Assembly (NCBI GenBank): GCA_964416315.1
Contig: CAYQDR010000001.1
Coordinates: forward strand, 24,639 to 88,638
DNA from: an uncultured bacterium
GTDB lineage: Bacteria; Methylomirabilota; Methylomirabilia; Rokubacteriales; DASRDR01
Length of the DNA: 64,000 nt
Direction of reading: 5' to 3'
Shown: positions 54,885 through 64,000 of the stretch, one piece after another
Layout: every line of letters begins with the position of its first letter
Position numbering within the stretch: the first letter of the stretch is position 1
Program-made: the position numbers and the translations under genes
Notes under the pieces: generated by a model
The model's input: the letters and a program-made list of their open reading frames with translations, nothing else
What the model was told of the DNA's origin: nothing
Databases searched by the model: none

Positions 54885-55961
54885 TCAACTGGCGAAGAAC
54901 GCGCGCAGGCGGTCGCGGTACTCCGGGTGGTCCACGGTCTGGACGTGGTCGCCGTCCGGCACGAGCCAGAGCTCCGCGCGCCGCCCGGTCGCTTCGTAGA
55001 GTCGGAGCGTCTCCGTGTGGGGGATCAGGCGGTCCCGCGTCCCGTGGATCAGGAGGAGCGGCCGGTCGGCGAGGGCGCGGATCACCCGCTCGGGGCGGTG
55101 GCGGTCCACGTCCGCGCCGGTCCAGACCCAGCCCCAGAACCGCCCGACGTTCCAGAGTGGTCGGGCGAGGGGCCCGAAGGGGCGCAAGAGGGTCGCCCGG
55201 GCCACGCGCTCGAGATCCCCGAAGGTCGAGTCGAGGACGCGCCGCTCGAAGAGCCCGTGCGCTGCCGCCGCGTGGACGGTCGCGCTCGCGCCCATCGAGT
55301 AGGCGAGCGCGTAGACGGGACGACCCGGGTGGGTGCGCCTGATCCAGTCGTGGGCGGCCTTGACGTCGGCGGCCTCCTCGAGGCCGAAGGTCGAGGCCCG
55401 CCCGCCGCTCGCACCATGGGCGCGGAAGTCGAAGAGGAGCGCGTCGTAGCCGAGCTGGTTGACGAGCACGACGGGGACCAGGAAGTTCTCCTTGTTCGCG
55501 TTGAAGCCGTGGGCCACGAGGACGACGGGCCGCCGGGGCTCGCGCGCGGGGATGAACCAGCCGGAGAGGCGGAGCCCGTCCGCCGTGAACGCGACGTCGC
55601 GGTAGTCGAGCCCGACGTTCTTCGGCGTCCCGCCCGGCGCGATCCGTTGCGGGTGGAACTGGAGGGTGACCAGGAGGAACGGGAAGCCGACCCCGAGGAC
55701 GATCAGCGCGTGGAGCGTGCGGGTCGTGCCCCGCCGGAGGCGCGTGTCCTGGGGGATCAGTCGCGCGAGGCCACGTTTCATCCCCGCGTCGAAGAGCCGG
55801 AGGCCCACGATGATGAGGCCGAGCGCCGCGACGTCGAAGGCGAGCTCGGCCGGCGGGTAGCGGCCGCCGAGCGCCTGCGCCAGCATGTAGCCCCGCCCGC
55901 CGACGAGCGCCAGCAGCAGAACGAGGTAGATCGCCGCGCGCACCCAGAGCCTTCGGCTCAT
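54885..55961 (-). CDS. Membrane-anchored alpha/beta hydrolase
   Basis: N-terminal TM helices; AHGF, FDFRAHGASGG, AYSMGA, LIHGTRD and GDH motifs. Confidence 0.85.
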   Translation of the reverse strand: MSRRLWVRAAIYLVLLLALVGGRGYMLAQALGGRYPPAELAFDVAALGLIIVGLRLFDAGMKRGLARLIPQDTRLRRGTTRTLHALIVLGVGFPFLLVTLQFHPQRIAPGGTPKNVGLDYRDVAFTADGLRLSGWFIPAREPRRPVVLVAHGFNANKENFLVPVVLVNQLGYDALLFDFRAHGASGGRASTFGLEEAADVKAAHDWIRRTHPGRPVYALAYSMGASATVHAAAAHGLFERRVLDSTFGDLERVARATLLRPFGPLARPLWNVGRFWGWVWTGADVDRHRPERVIRALADRPLLLIHGTRDRLIPHTETLRLYEATGRRAELWLVPDGDHVQTVDHPEYRDRLRAFFAS

Positions 55962-56038
55962 CCGGAGCCCCGGGGGTCAGCCTAGCACGGCCGCGGGGGC
56001 CGGCGGGCAGGCCGCCGGCGCCCCGCGGGCCGGTCGCG

Positions 56039-56420
56039 CTACGGACCGACGCGCCGGAAGAAGAGGCTGGAGGGGTCGTTGCCGTGGGGCTGGGTGAACG
56101 CCGGGAGGAAGCTCGCGGCGTCCGCCGCGAGCCCGACGTAGTCGCCGAGGAACAGGCCGCGGGCGAACGGCGCCTGCGTGATGTCGAAGGACCGCTTCGT
56201 CAACCGGAGCTCGTTCTGCCAGCTCGCCGGGCTCGCGCACGTCGCGTGGCAGTGGACGATCCAGTGGTCCGCCAGCTCGCTCCTGTCATCGTCGTTGCGG
56301 AAGTCGTAGTAGGTGACGGCGACGGTCCCGTCGCCCCGCACCGCGACCGACGGGAGGAACGCCTGCTGCCGGAGGGCGCGGGTCGCGTTCACCGGCGTCT
56401 TGTTGACCCGGATCGGCGAC
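56039..56420 (-). pseudogene. C-terminal fragment of a sialidase-like/BNR-type secreted protein
   Basis: PIRVNKTP, QAFLPSVAV, VTYYDFRND and FLGDYVGL motifs; no N-terminus. Confidence 0.65.
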
Positions 56421-57767
56421 TGGGGTACGGCGATGACACTGCTCGGGAACCCCCTCGCCGCGCCGCCGGCGCCCAAGGCACTCGCCGAAGGCTGGGCCGC
56501 CGTGGAGCGGGCCACGGCGATCGGTGCTAGGACGCCGCGCGAGGCGGATTACATCGCGGCCATCGGCGCCTTCTACAAGGACGCAGACCGGACCGACCAC
56601 CGTACCCGCGCGCTCGCCTACGAGAAGGCCATGGAGCGATTGGCGGCGACGTACCCCGCCGACCGCGAGGCGACGATTTTCTACGCCCTGTCCCTCAACA
56701 TGACGTTGGTGCCGACGGACAAGACGTACAGCAACCAGCTGAAGGCCGCCGCGCTTCTCGGGAAGGTCTTCGCGGAGCAGCCGGATCATCCCGGCGTCGC
56801 GCATTACCTGATTCACAGCTACGACTTCCCGCCGATCGCCGGTCGAGGGCTCCCGGCCGCCCGGCGCTACGCGAGCATCGCGCCGGCGGCGCCCCACGCC
56901 CAACACATGCCCTCGCACATCTTCACGCGGGTCGGGGCGTGGCAGGAGTCGATCGACTCCAACCGCGCGGCGGCCGCCCTCTCGCGGGCCGATGGTAAGC
57001 GCGACGGCGCCTTGCACGCGATGGACTACATGATGTACGCGTACCTGCAGACGGCGCAGGATCGTGAAGCCAAGCGCCTGCTCGACGAGGTGGCCGGCGT
57101 CACCGGCGTGAGCATGACGCCGATCGCTGGTTTCTTCGGTGGCGCCACCATTCCTGCCCGCTATGCGCTCGAGCGGCGCGCGTGGGGCCTGGCCGCCTCG
57201 CTCGAGCCTCAGCCGAGCCCGCGCTTCCCGTTCACCGAGGCCATCACGCATTTCGCCCGCGCCCTCGGTGCCGCCCGCAGCGGCAATGCGGCGGCGGCGC
57301 AGAAGGATGTCGACCGGCTCGAGGCGTTGCGCGACGCGCTGACGCAAGCGAAGGTCGGTTACTGGGCGGAGCAGGTGGAGATCCAGCGTCTGGCCGCCGC
57401 CGCCTGGGTGGCGCTCGCCCAGGGGCGGCGCGACGAGGCGCTGAAGCTGATGCGCAGCGCCGCCGACCTCGAGGATTCGACCGAGAAGCATCCCGTCACG
57501 CCGGGACCGCTCGCCCCCGCCCGCGAACTGCTCGGGGAGATGCTGCTCGAGCTAAAGGACGCGCCCGGGGCCCTGCGCGAGTTCGAGGCCTCGATGAAGA
57601 AGGAGCCCAACCGCTTCAACGGCACTTACGGCGCTGGTCGTGCGGCCGAGCTAGCGGGCGACCGCTCCAAGGCCCGCGAGCACTACACGACGCTCCTGAC
57701 GATCGCCGCGAAGGCCGACACCGAGCGACCCGAAATCCGTCAGGCCAAGGCGTACCTCGGTCGGTGA
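56421..57767 (+). pseudogene. 5'-truncated TPR-like protein
   Basis: Begins mid-motif WGTAMTLLGNP; HPGVAHYLIHSYD and HAQHMPSHIF motifs; no signal peptide or RBS. Confidence 0.7.
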
Positions 57768-57906
57768 GGAGATCATGAAGAAGGGTGCCGAGCATCCGAA
57801 CACGGCCTGATCACTCGGCTGTCCGAGGCGCCGAGCGACCGAATGCCGATGCGCGCGCAGCGCGTCGGCGACGCGCCGCATGGCGACGTGCGGCCAAGCC
57901 ATCGCC

Positions 57907-57963
57907 GCCTAACTTTCGGCTTGAGTGGAGGGGCGTGGCCCGCCGCTCAGCCAAACGTTAGCG
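57907..57963 (+). mobile_element. Solitary integron attC-like site (57 bp)
   Basis: GCCTAAC-tttcg-GCTTGAGTGG-(GGGC gtg GCCC hairpin)-CCGCTCAGC-caaac-GTTAGCG. Confidence 0.75.
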
Positions 57964-58482
57964 CGAGCGCGCGGGCTTGACAACGGCCGGGTGGGGTGAG
58001 GGATACTTCCGGGTACGCGCCGGGAGGGCCCCGGCTGTCGGCGGCGCCCGGCGTCAGTCCCGTCCTCGCCGGTGGATCGACCGAGTGGGCCGGGCGCTCC
58101 GTTCGGGGAGCCTGGGCCGCCGCGCGGCGGTCGCCAGCGGGAAGGGCGGCTTGGGATGGAGATGGTCAACGAGACGACCCGCGGCGACCGGCGCGGAGGG
58201 ATGGATGTGGTTCCGCCGTCCCGGCCCTCGCGAGTTGCACGCCGTGCGTCGGGTCTACGCCGCCTCGACGGTGGGCCGCGCTGTCCCCGCGCTCGCTTCG
58301 CGGCGCCTCCGGGTCCACACGGCGTCACCCCGGCGTCCCCCGCCTCCCGATCCCTCGTGACTTCACGGGGCCCCCCGGCCCGCCTGTTCCCGTGCCCCCG
58401 AACTGCGGTCGCGCGTGCGAAGACGAGCGCCCGATCGCGACACGAGCGAGAAGAGCGTGCGGGATACCTCAGGGAGGAACCC

Positions 58483-59040
58483 ATGGAGGCTCAATCGCTG
58501 GATCGCCGGACTTTTCTCCGTCTCTCGGGGAGCGCCGCCGCGGCCATGGCTGTGATCTCGGCCGGCGTCCCCCTCGTGCCGCTGGCCGCGGAGGCCGGGC
58601 TCTGGGGGCTCGAGCTCAGGGTCCTCAGCGAGCACGAGGCGATGACGCTGGTCAAGGTCGCTCGCCGGATCTTTCCTCACAGGACGCTGGCCGACATGTA
58701 CTACGCGGCCGTGGTCCAGGTGCTCGACGAGGACGCGCAGAAGTCGGCCGAGACCGCCAGGCTGCTCAAGGACGGCGTGGCGGCGCTGGACAAGGCCCTG
58801 GGCACCCGGTGGATCGACCTGTCGGCCGGGTACCAGTTCGCCGCGCTGCAGGCTCAGCCGAAGCTCCTCGACGCCGTCAAGGGCAAGGCGGTGGTCGCCC
58901 TCTACAACAACCCCCTCGCATGGCGCCACTTCGGCTACGAGGGCCCGTCTTTTCAGGACGGCGGCTACATCAAGCGGGGGTTCAACGACCTGAACTGGCT
59001 GCCGGACCCACCCGAAGGGGCGAGCCCGAGGGTCGGGTAG
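58483..59040 (+). CDS. Gluconate 2-dehydrogenase subunit-3-like Tat-exported partner
   Basis: LDRRTFLR; RRIFPH and WRHFGYEG motifs; GGAGGA RBS. Confidence 0.75.
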   Translation: MEAQSLDRRTFLRLSGSAAAAMAVISAGVPLVPLAAEAGLWGLELRVLSEHEAMTLVKVARRIFPHRTLADMYYAAVVQVLDEDAQKSAETARLLKDGVAALDKALGTRWIDLSAGYQFAALQAQPKLLDAVKGKAVVALYNNPLAWRHFGYEGPSFQDGGYIKRGFNDLNWLPDPPEGASPRVG

Positions 59041-59057
59041 CGGAGGAGGGCGGCGCC

Positions 59058-60626
59058 ATGGCCAAGTTTGCGCTGAGCGACGACGGCGTGGTGGTGGTGA
59101 TCGGCAGCGGGGCCGGGGGCGGCACCCTCGCCCACGAGCTGTGCCAGAAGGGCGTCAAGGTGGTCCTGCTGGAGGCCGGAGGCCGGCTGTCGCTGGCCGA
59201 CTTCGTCAATGACGAGTGGACGGCCTTCATGCAGACGGCCTGGCTCGACAAGCGCACCACCTCGGGCTCCTGGCGGGTGTCCAAGGACTTTCCGAACCTA
59301 CCGGCCTGGATCTGCAAGACGGTCGGCGGCTCCACCGTGCACTGGGCCGGCGCGAGCCTCCGCTTCCAGGAGCACGAGTTCCAGGTCCGGACCGTGTACG
59401 GCGACATTCCGGGCGCGAGCCTGCTCGACTGGCCGCTCACGCTCAAGGATCTCGAGCCCTACTACGACCGGGCCGAGGACAAGCTCGGGGTAACCCGGAC
59501 CCACGGCATTCCAGGGCTCCCGGGCAACAACAACTTCAAGGTCATGTACAACGGCGCCACGCGGCTCGGTTACAAGGACGTGCACACCGGGCGCATGGCG
59601 ATCAACAGCCGGCCGCGCGACGGGAGGCCGGCCTGCCAGCAGATCGGCTTTTGCTTTCAGGGGTGCAAGATCGGGGCGAAGTGGTCGATCCTCTACAGCG
59701 AGATTCCCAAGGCCGAGGCCACCGGCAACCTGGACCTGCGGCCGGAGTGCCAGGCCCTCCGGATCGAGCACGACGCGCGCGGCAAGGTCACGGGCGTCCT
59801 CTACGTCGACAAGAGCGGCATCCAGCAGGTCCAGAAGGCCCGGATCGTCTGCGTGGCCTGCAACTCCATCGAGAGCCCACGCCTGCTCCTCAACTCGGCG
59901 TCGTCTCGCTTCCCCCAGGGGCTGGCCAACTCCTCCGGCCAGGTCGGGAAGAACTACATGCGCCACATGACCGGCTCCGTCTACGCCAGCTTCGACCAGC
60001 CGGTCAACATGCACCGTGGCACGACGATGGCCGGGATCGTCACGGACGAGAGCGGCAACAAGCCCGCGCGGGGCTTCGCCGGCGGCTACCTGATGGAAAC
60101 GCTCTCGCTGGGCCTGCCGTTCCTGGCGGCGTTCCTGAACCCCGGGGCGTACGGAGAGCCGTTCGCCGAGGCCCTCGACCACTACAACCACACGGCCGGC
60201 ATGTGGCTGGTGGGCGAGGACATGCCGCAGGCGACGAATCGGGTGAGCCTCCACCCCACCGAGAAGGACCAGTACGGGCTGCCGGTCCCCAACGTCCACT
60301 TCGACGACCACCCCAACGATGTCGCCATGCGCAGCCACGCTTACCGGCAGGGGTCGGCCGTCTACCAGGCGGTGGGGGCGCTCAAGACCTACGAGGTGCC
60401 GTCCTATCCCTCCACGCACAACCTCGGCACGAACCGCATGAGCGCGCGCCCCGCCGACGGCGTGTGCAACAAGTGGGGCCAGACGCACGACATCGCGAAT
60501 CTCTTCATCTCCGACGGCAGCCAGTTCACCACCGGCGGCGCGGAGAACCCGACGCTGACCATCGTAACCCTGGCCATCCGGCAGGCCGAGTACATCGCGG
60601 ACCAGATGAAAACGCGGAACATCTGA
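59058..60626 (+). CDS. GMC family oxidoreductase
   Basis: VIGSGAGG, VGGSTVHW, CQQIGFCFQGC, HNLGT and ENPTLT motifs. Confidence 0.9.
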   Translation: MAKFALSDDGVVVVIGSGAGGGTLAHELCQKGVKVVLLEAGGRLSLADFVNDEWTAFMQTAWLDKRTTSGSWRVSKDFPNLPAWICKTVGGSTVHWAGASLRFQEHEFQVRTVYGDIPGASLLDWPLTLKDLEPYYDRAEDKLGVTRTHGIPGLPGNNNFKVMYNGATRLGYKDVHTGRMAINSRPRDGRPACQQIGFCFQGCKIGAKWSILYSEIPKAEATGNLDLRPECQALRIEHDARGKVTGVLYVDKSGIQQVQKARIVCVACNSIESPRLLLNSASSRFPQGLANSSGQVGKNYMRHMTGSVYASFDQPVNMHRGTTMAGIVTDESGNKPARGFAGGYLMETLSLGLPFLAAFLNPGAYGEPFAEALDHYNHTAGMWLVGEDMPQATNRVSLHPTEKDQYGLPVPNVHFDDHPNDVAMRSHAYRQGSAVYQAVGALKTYEVPSYPSTHNLGTNRMSARPADGVCNKWGQTHDIANLFISDGSQFTTGGAENPTLTIVTLAIRQAEYIADQMKTRNI

Positions 60627-60822
60627 GCGGCGGGCGGGGGACGCTTCCGCCGCCACGCGGACGCCCGGGTCAGCCCGGCCCGGGCGTCCGTGTGTCTCGA
60701 ATGCCTAGATGGCAGGCCGTAGGCTTCCGCAGGTCTCCGGTGGCCTCACCCCAATGAGGTGCGCTAGACTTGGGGCCGCCGAGAGGGTCGAGCCCGTCAC
60801 CCCCACCCGGGGAGGAGACGCC

Positions 60823-61827
60823 ATGGAGATCAACCGAGACACGCTCCTGGGGATGTACGAGCGCATGCGCCTGATCCGCGAGTTCGAGGACCGGCTGCAC
60901 ACGGACTTTGCCGGAGGCAAGATTCCGGGCTTCGTCCACCTGTACGCGGGCGAGGAAGCCGTGGCGGTGGGCGTCTGCGCCACCCTGCGGGACGACGACT
61001 TCATCACCAGCACGCACCGCGGCCACGGGCACTGCATCGCGAAGGGCGTCGCCCCGCGGGCGATGATGGCCGAGATCCATGGCAAGGCCACGGGCGCCTG
61101 CAAGGGGAAGGGGGGCTCCATGCACATCGCCGGCGTGGACCGCGGCATGCTCGGGGCCAACGGGATCGTCGGCGGCGGGCCGCCGCTCGCGTGCGGCGCC
61201 GGGCTCACCGCGAAGCTCAAGGGCGGAGACCAGGTCACGGCCTGCTTCTTCGGCGACGGCGCCGCCAACCAGGGGACCACGGCCGAGTCGCTGAACCTGG
61301 CCGGCATCTGGAAGCTCCCTGTCATCTTCGTCTGCGAGAACAACCGCTACGCCGAGACGACCTCGCCCGACTACTCGGTGTCCGGGCGCGACATCGCCGC
61401 CCGCGCCCGGGGGTTCGGCATGCCCAGCGTGGCCGTCGACGGGCAGGATGTCTTCGCCGTCTACGAGGTGACGCGCGAGGCGGTCGCCCGGGCACGCCGG
61501 GGCGACGGGCCGAGCTTCATCGAGGCTCAGACCTACCGCTACTACGGCCACTTCGAGGGGGACACCATCCGTTACCGGACCAAGGAGGAGGAGCAGCACT
61601 ACCGCGGGCGCGACTGCATCCAACGGTTCCGCAAGACCGTCCTCGAGCAGAGGCTCCTGCCCGAGGCCGAGCTGGACGCCGCCGACCGCCGCGTCGCGGA
61701 CGCCCTCGAGGACGCGGTCCGGTTCGCCCAGGCGAGCCCGCTTCCGGACTCGCGGGAGACCCTGACCGATGTCTACGTGAGCTTCCCGGAGTCGCAGCTC
61801 TGGCCGTTCCAGACGGTCAGCCGCTGA
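60823..61827 (+). CDS. TPP-dependent dehydrogenase E1 alpha (acetoin dehydrogenase AcoA-like)
   Basis: GFVHLYAGEEA, STHRGHGH, GDGAANQG...ENN and RYYGHFEGD motifs. Confidence 0.9.
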   Translation: MEINRDTLLGMYERMRLIREFEDRLHTDFAGGKIPGFVHLYAGEEAVAVGVCATLRDDDFITSTHRGHGHCIAKGVAPRAMMAEIHGKATGACKGKGGSMHIAGVDRGMLGANGIVGGGPPLACGAGLTAKLKGGDQVTACFFGDGAANQGTTAESLNLAGIWKLPVIFVCENNRYAETTSPDYSVSGRDIAARARGFGMPSVAVDGQDVFAVYEVTREAVARARRGDGPSFIEAQTYRYYGHFEGDTIRYRTKEEEQHYRGRDCIQRFRKTVLEQRLLPEAELDAADRRVADALEDAVRFAQASPLPDSRETLTDVYVSFPESQLWPFQTVSR

Positions 61828-61867
61828 GCGCGGGCGCCGGATCGAGCGCCGACTGGAGGGGACGGCG

Positions 61868-62884
61868 ATGCCAGACCGACAGCTGAGCTACCGCGAAGCG
61901 ATCAACGAGGCCCTGCGCCTGGAGATGCGCCGCGATCCGACGGTGGTGCTGATGGGCGAAGACGTGACCGGAGCGTCCCAGAGCAGCGATCCGGCCCACC
62001 TCGATGCGTGGGGCGGCGTGCTGGGCGTGACCCAGGGCCTGGTGCACGAGTTCGGGCGCACCCGCGTGCGCGACACGCCGATCACCGAGTCGGCGTTTGT
62101 GGGCGCGGGCGTAGGCGCGGCGGCGACGGGCCTCCGGCCGGTGGTCGAGCTCATGTTCATCGGCTTCATGGGCGTGTGCCTGGACCAGATCACCAACCAA
62201 GCCGCGAAGATGCGCTACATGTTCGGCGGCAAGGCGAAGATCCCGCTGGTCATCCGCACGATGATCGGCGCCGGGTTCCGGGCGGCCGCTCAGCACTCCG
62301 ACTCCATGTACTCCACCTTCGTCCACTTCCCGGGCCTGAAGGTCGTCGCCCCGGCCACGCCCGCGGACGCCAAGGGCCTCCTGGCCGCGTCCATCCGCGA
62401 CGACGACCCCGTCATTTTCTGCGAGCACAAGCTCCTCTACGACCTCAAGGGGCCCGTACCCGAGGGCGACTACGTTGTGCCGCTCGGCAAGGCGGAGATC
62501 CGACGCGAGGGGAAGGACGTGACGGTGGTCGCCATCTCGCGGATGGTCCACGTGGCCCTGGAAGCGGCCGACCAGCTGGCGAAGGCGGGGATCAGCGCCG
62601 AGGTCATCGACCTCCGGACGCTCTCGCCCCTCGACGAGGACGCTCTGCTCACCTCCGTCCGCAGGACGGGGCGGCTCGTGGTCGTAGACGAGGACAACCC
62701 GCGCTGCAGCGTGGCGACGGACATCGCCGCGCTGGCGGCGACGCAGGCGCTCGAGTTCCTGAACGCGCCGGTCAAGTTGGTCACGGCGCCGCATACGCCC
62801 GTGCCCTTCAGCCCGGCCCTCGAGGACTACTATGTCCCGACGCCCCAGCGCGTGGTCGACGCCGCCCGCACCGCCATGATCTGA
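61868..62884 (+). CDS. TPP-dependent dehydrogenase E1 beta (AcoB-like)
   Basis: AWGGVLGVT, DTPITES, AAQHS and IDLRTLSPLD motifs. Confidence 0.9.
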   Translation: MPDRQLSYREAINEALRLEMRRDPTVVLMGEDVTGASQSSDPAHLDAWGGVLGVTQGLVHEFGRTRVRDTPITESAFVGAGVGAAATGLRPVVELMFIGFMGVCLDQITNQAAKMRYMFGGKAKIPLVIRTMIGAGFRAAAQHSDSMYSTFVHFPGLKVVAPATPADAKGLLAASIRDDDPVIFCEHKLLYDLKGPVPEGDYVVPLGKAEIRREGKDVTVVAISRMVHVALEAADQLAKAGISAEVIDLRTLSPLDEDALLTSVRRTGRLVVVDEDNPRCSVATDIAALAATQALEFLNAPVKLVTAPHTPVPFSPALEDYYVPTPQRVVDAARTAMI

Positions 62885-62961
62885 GCCCGCCCGGGCCTCG
62901 GCGCGCTCCCTCCCTCGGGTGCCGGAGGTGGTGAGCGCGCCGTTCCCCGAAAGGACCGTCC

Positions 62962-64000
62962 ATGGCCGTCGAACTCGTCATGCCCAAGTGGGGCCTCAGC
63001 ATGCAGGAGGGTGTCATCACCACCTGGCTCAAGCGCGAGGGCGACTCCGTGGAGAAGGGGGAGCCGCTCCTGGAAGTGGAGACGGAGAAGATCACGAACG
63101 TCGTGGAGGCGCCCGCCTCCGGCATCCTCGCCCGGATCCTCTACCCGGCCGGGAGCGTCGTGCCCGTGACTCGGGTCATCGCCCTCATCGCGGCGCTCGG
63201 TGAGCCCGTGCCCGAGGTCGCCGTCCCGCCGGCGGCCGAGGCCAAGGCCCCGGTGGCGGCACCGACCGTCGTCGAGCGTCCGGCGCCCGCGGCGGCCGGG
63301 ACCGGGCCGATCCCCGCCACGCCGGCCGCCCGCCGGCTCGCGAAGGAGCACGGCGTGGACCTGGCGAGCGTCCGGGGGAGCGGGCCGGGCGGCACGATCA
63401 CCAAGGAGGACGTCGAGCGCGCGCTGGTGCACGCGGTGCCCGCCGCCCCGGCACCGATCCAGAAGGTGTCCTTCTACAGCGACGGCTACCGGTTGGACGG
63501 CCTCCTCTACACACCCCGGGACCTCGCGGCCGGCGAGCGGCGGGCCGGCGTCGTGCTCTGCGTGGGCTACACGTACCTGAAGACCCTGGTCATGCCCGAC
63601 GTCGCCAAGGCGCTGACCGCGGCAGGCTACGTCGCCCTGGTCTTCGACTACCGCGGCTTCGGCGACAGCGAGGGACCGCGCTGGCGCCTCATCCCCCGGG
63701 AGCAGGTGGCCGACGCGCGCGCCGCGCTCACGTTCCTGGGCGACCAGCCCCACATCGACCCCGCGTGCCTGGCCGTCCTTGGCCTCAGTCTCGGCGGCTC
63801 CAACACCGTCGCCGTGGCCGCCCTCGACCGGCGCGTCCGCGCGGCGGTGGCGATCGAGGCGATGGGGGACGGCGAGCGCTGGCTCCGGAGCCTCCGCCGC
63901 CACTGGGAGTGGCTGGACTTCCAGGCGCGGCTCGCGGCAGACCGCTCGGCGCGCGTTCGGAGCGGTCGGTCCGCTCGCGTCGATCCGCTCGAGATCGTCC
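62962..64000 (+). CDS. Lipoyl domain + E3/E1-binding domain + alpha/beta hydrolase fusion (AcoC-like), runs off the window end
   Basis: MPKWGLSM...VETEKIT lipoyl; ATPAARRLAKEHGVDL...GSGPGGTITKEDV PSBD; FDYRGFGDSEG and GLSLGG hydrolase; absent from the ORF track because it is incomplete. Confidence 0.85.
   Translation, partial: MAVELVMPKWGLSMQEGVITTWLKREGDSVEKGEPLLEVETEKITNVVEAPASGILARILYPAGSVVPVTRVIALIAALGEPVPEVAVPPAAEAKAPVAAPTVVERPAPAAAGTGPIPATPAARRLAKEHGVDLASVRGSGPGGTITKEDVERALVHAVPAAPAPIQKVSFYSDGYRLDGLLYTPRDLAAGERRAGVVLCVGYTYLKTLVMPDVAKALTAAGYVALVFDYRGFGDSEGPRWRLIPREQVADARAALTFLGDQPHIDPACLAVLGLSLGGSNTVAVAALDRRVRAAVAIEAMGDGERWLRSLRRHWEWLDFQARLAADRSARVRSGRSARVDPLEIV

Noticed and set aside
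57775-57912. Second possible UGA read-through ORF (MKKGAEHPNTA-TGA-SLGCP...AIAA-TAA ending in the attC R'' box)
   Set aside because: The hairpin starts only 3 nt after the TGA, has no GGU-type loop, and the downstream peptide looks non-coding; more likely another junction
57964-58482. Riboswitch or small ORF in the 520-bp leader of the GMC operon
   Set aside because: No recognisable aptamer consensus; the TTGACA at 57977 lacks a properly spaced -10; the ORFs there lack motifs
3400-63903. Many long antisense or alternative-frame ORFs in the track (e.g. 26476..29595 -, 46144..48765 -, 32224..34014 -)
   Set aside because: Shadow ORFs expected at this GC content; Arg/Gly/Pro-rich or motif-free and overlapping well-supported genes

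Overview
Very GC-rich bacterial chromosomal window. Gene content and repeat types resemble Candidatus Rokubacteria / Methylomirabilota, which is an inference. It carries mostly catabolic and transport genes: several ABC systems, two TPP enzymes, 2-hydroxyacid dehydrogenases, AOR, leuCD, ilvE, ald, a GMC oxidoreductase pair and an acetoin-dehydrogenase-like E1a/E1b with an atypical lipoyl-hydrolase. There are also three type II TA pairs and a form I (AYRCSFR) Mo-Cu CO dehydrogenase operon. The main observation is a 98-codon gene missing from the ORF track, between coxL and coxG (48605-48901). It has a strong RBS, one in-frame TGA and a SECIS-like hairpin 11 nt after that TGA, making it a candidate undescribed selenoprotein in a CO dehydrogenase operon. 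Also seen: a solitary 57-bp attC-like site, three families of structured intergenic repeats (two with compensatory base changes), a small TA island bounded by direct repeats, and about ten truncated gene fragments at apparent deletion junctions, including a 5-aminolevulinate synthase stub. No rRNA, tRNA, CRISPR array, integrase or transposase was recognised. All family assignments are by eye from motifs; no database search was run.
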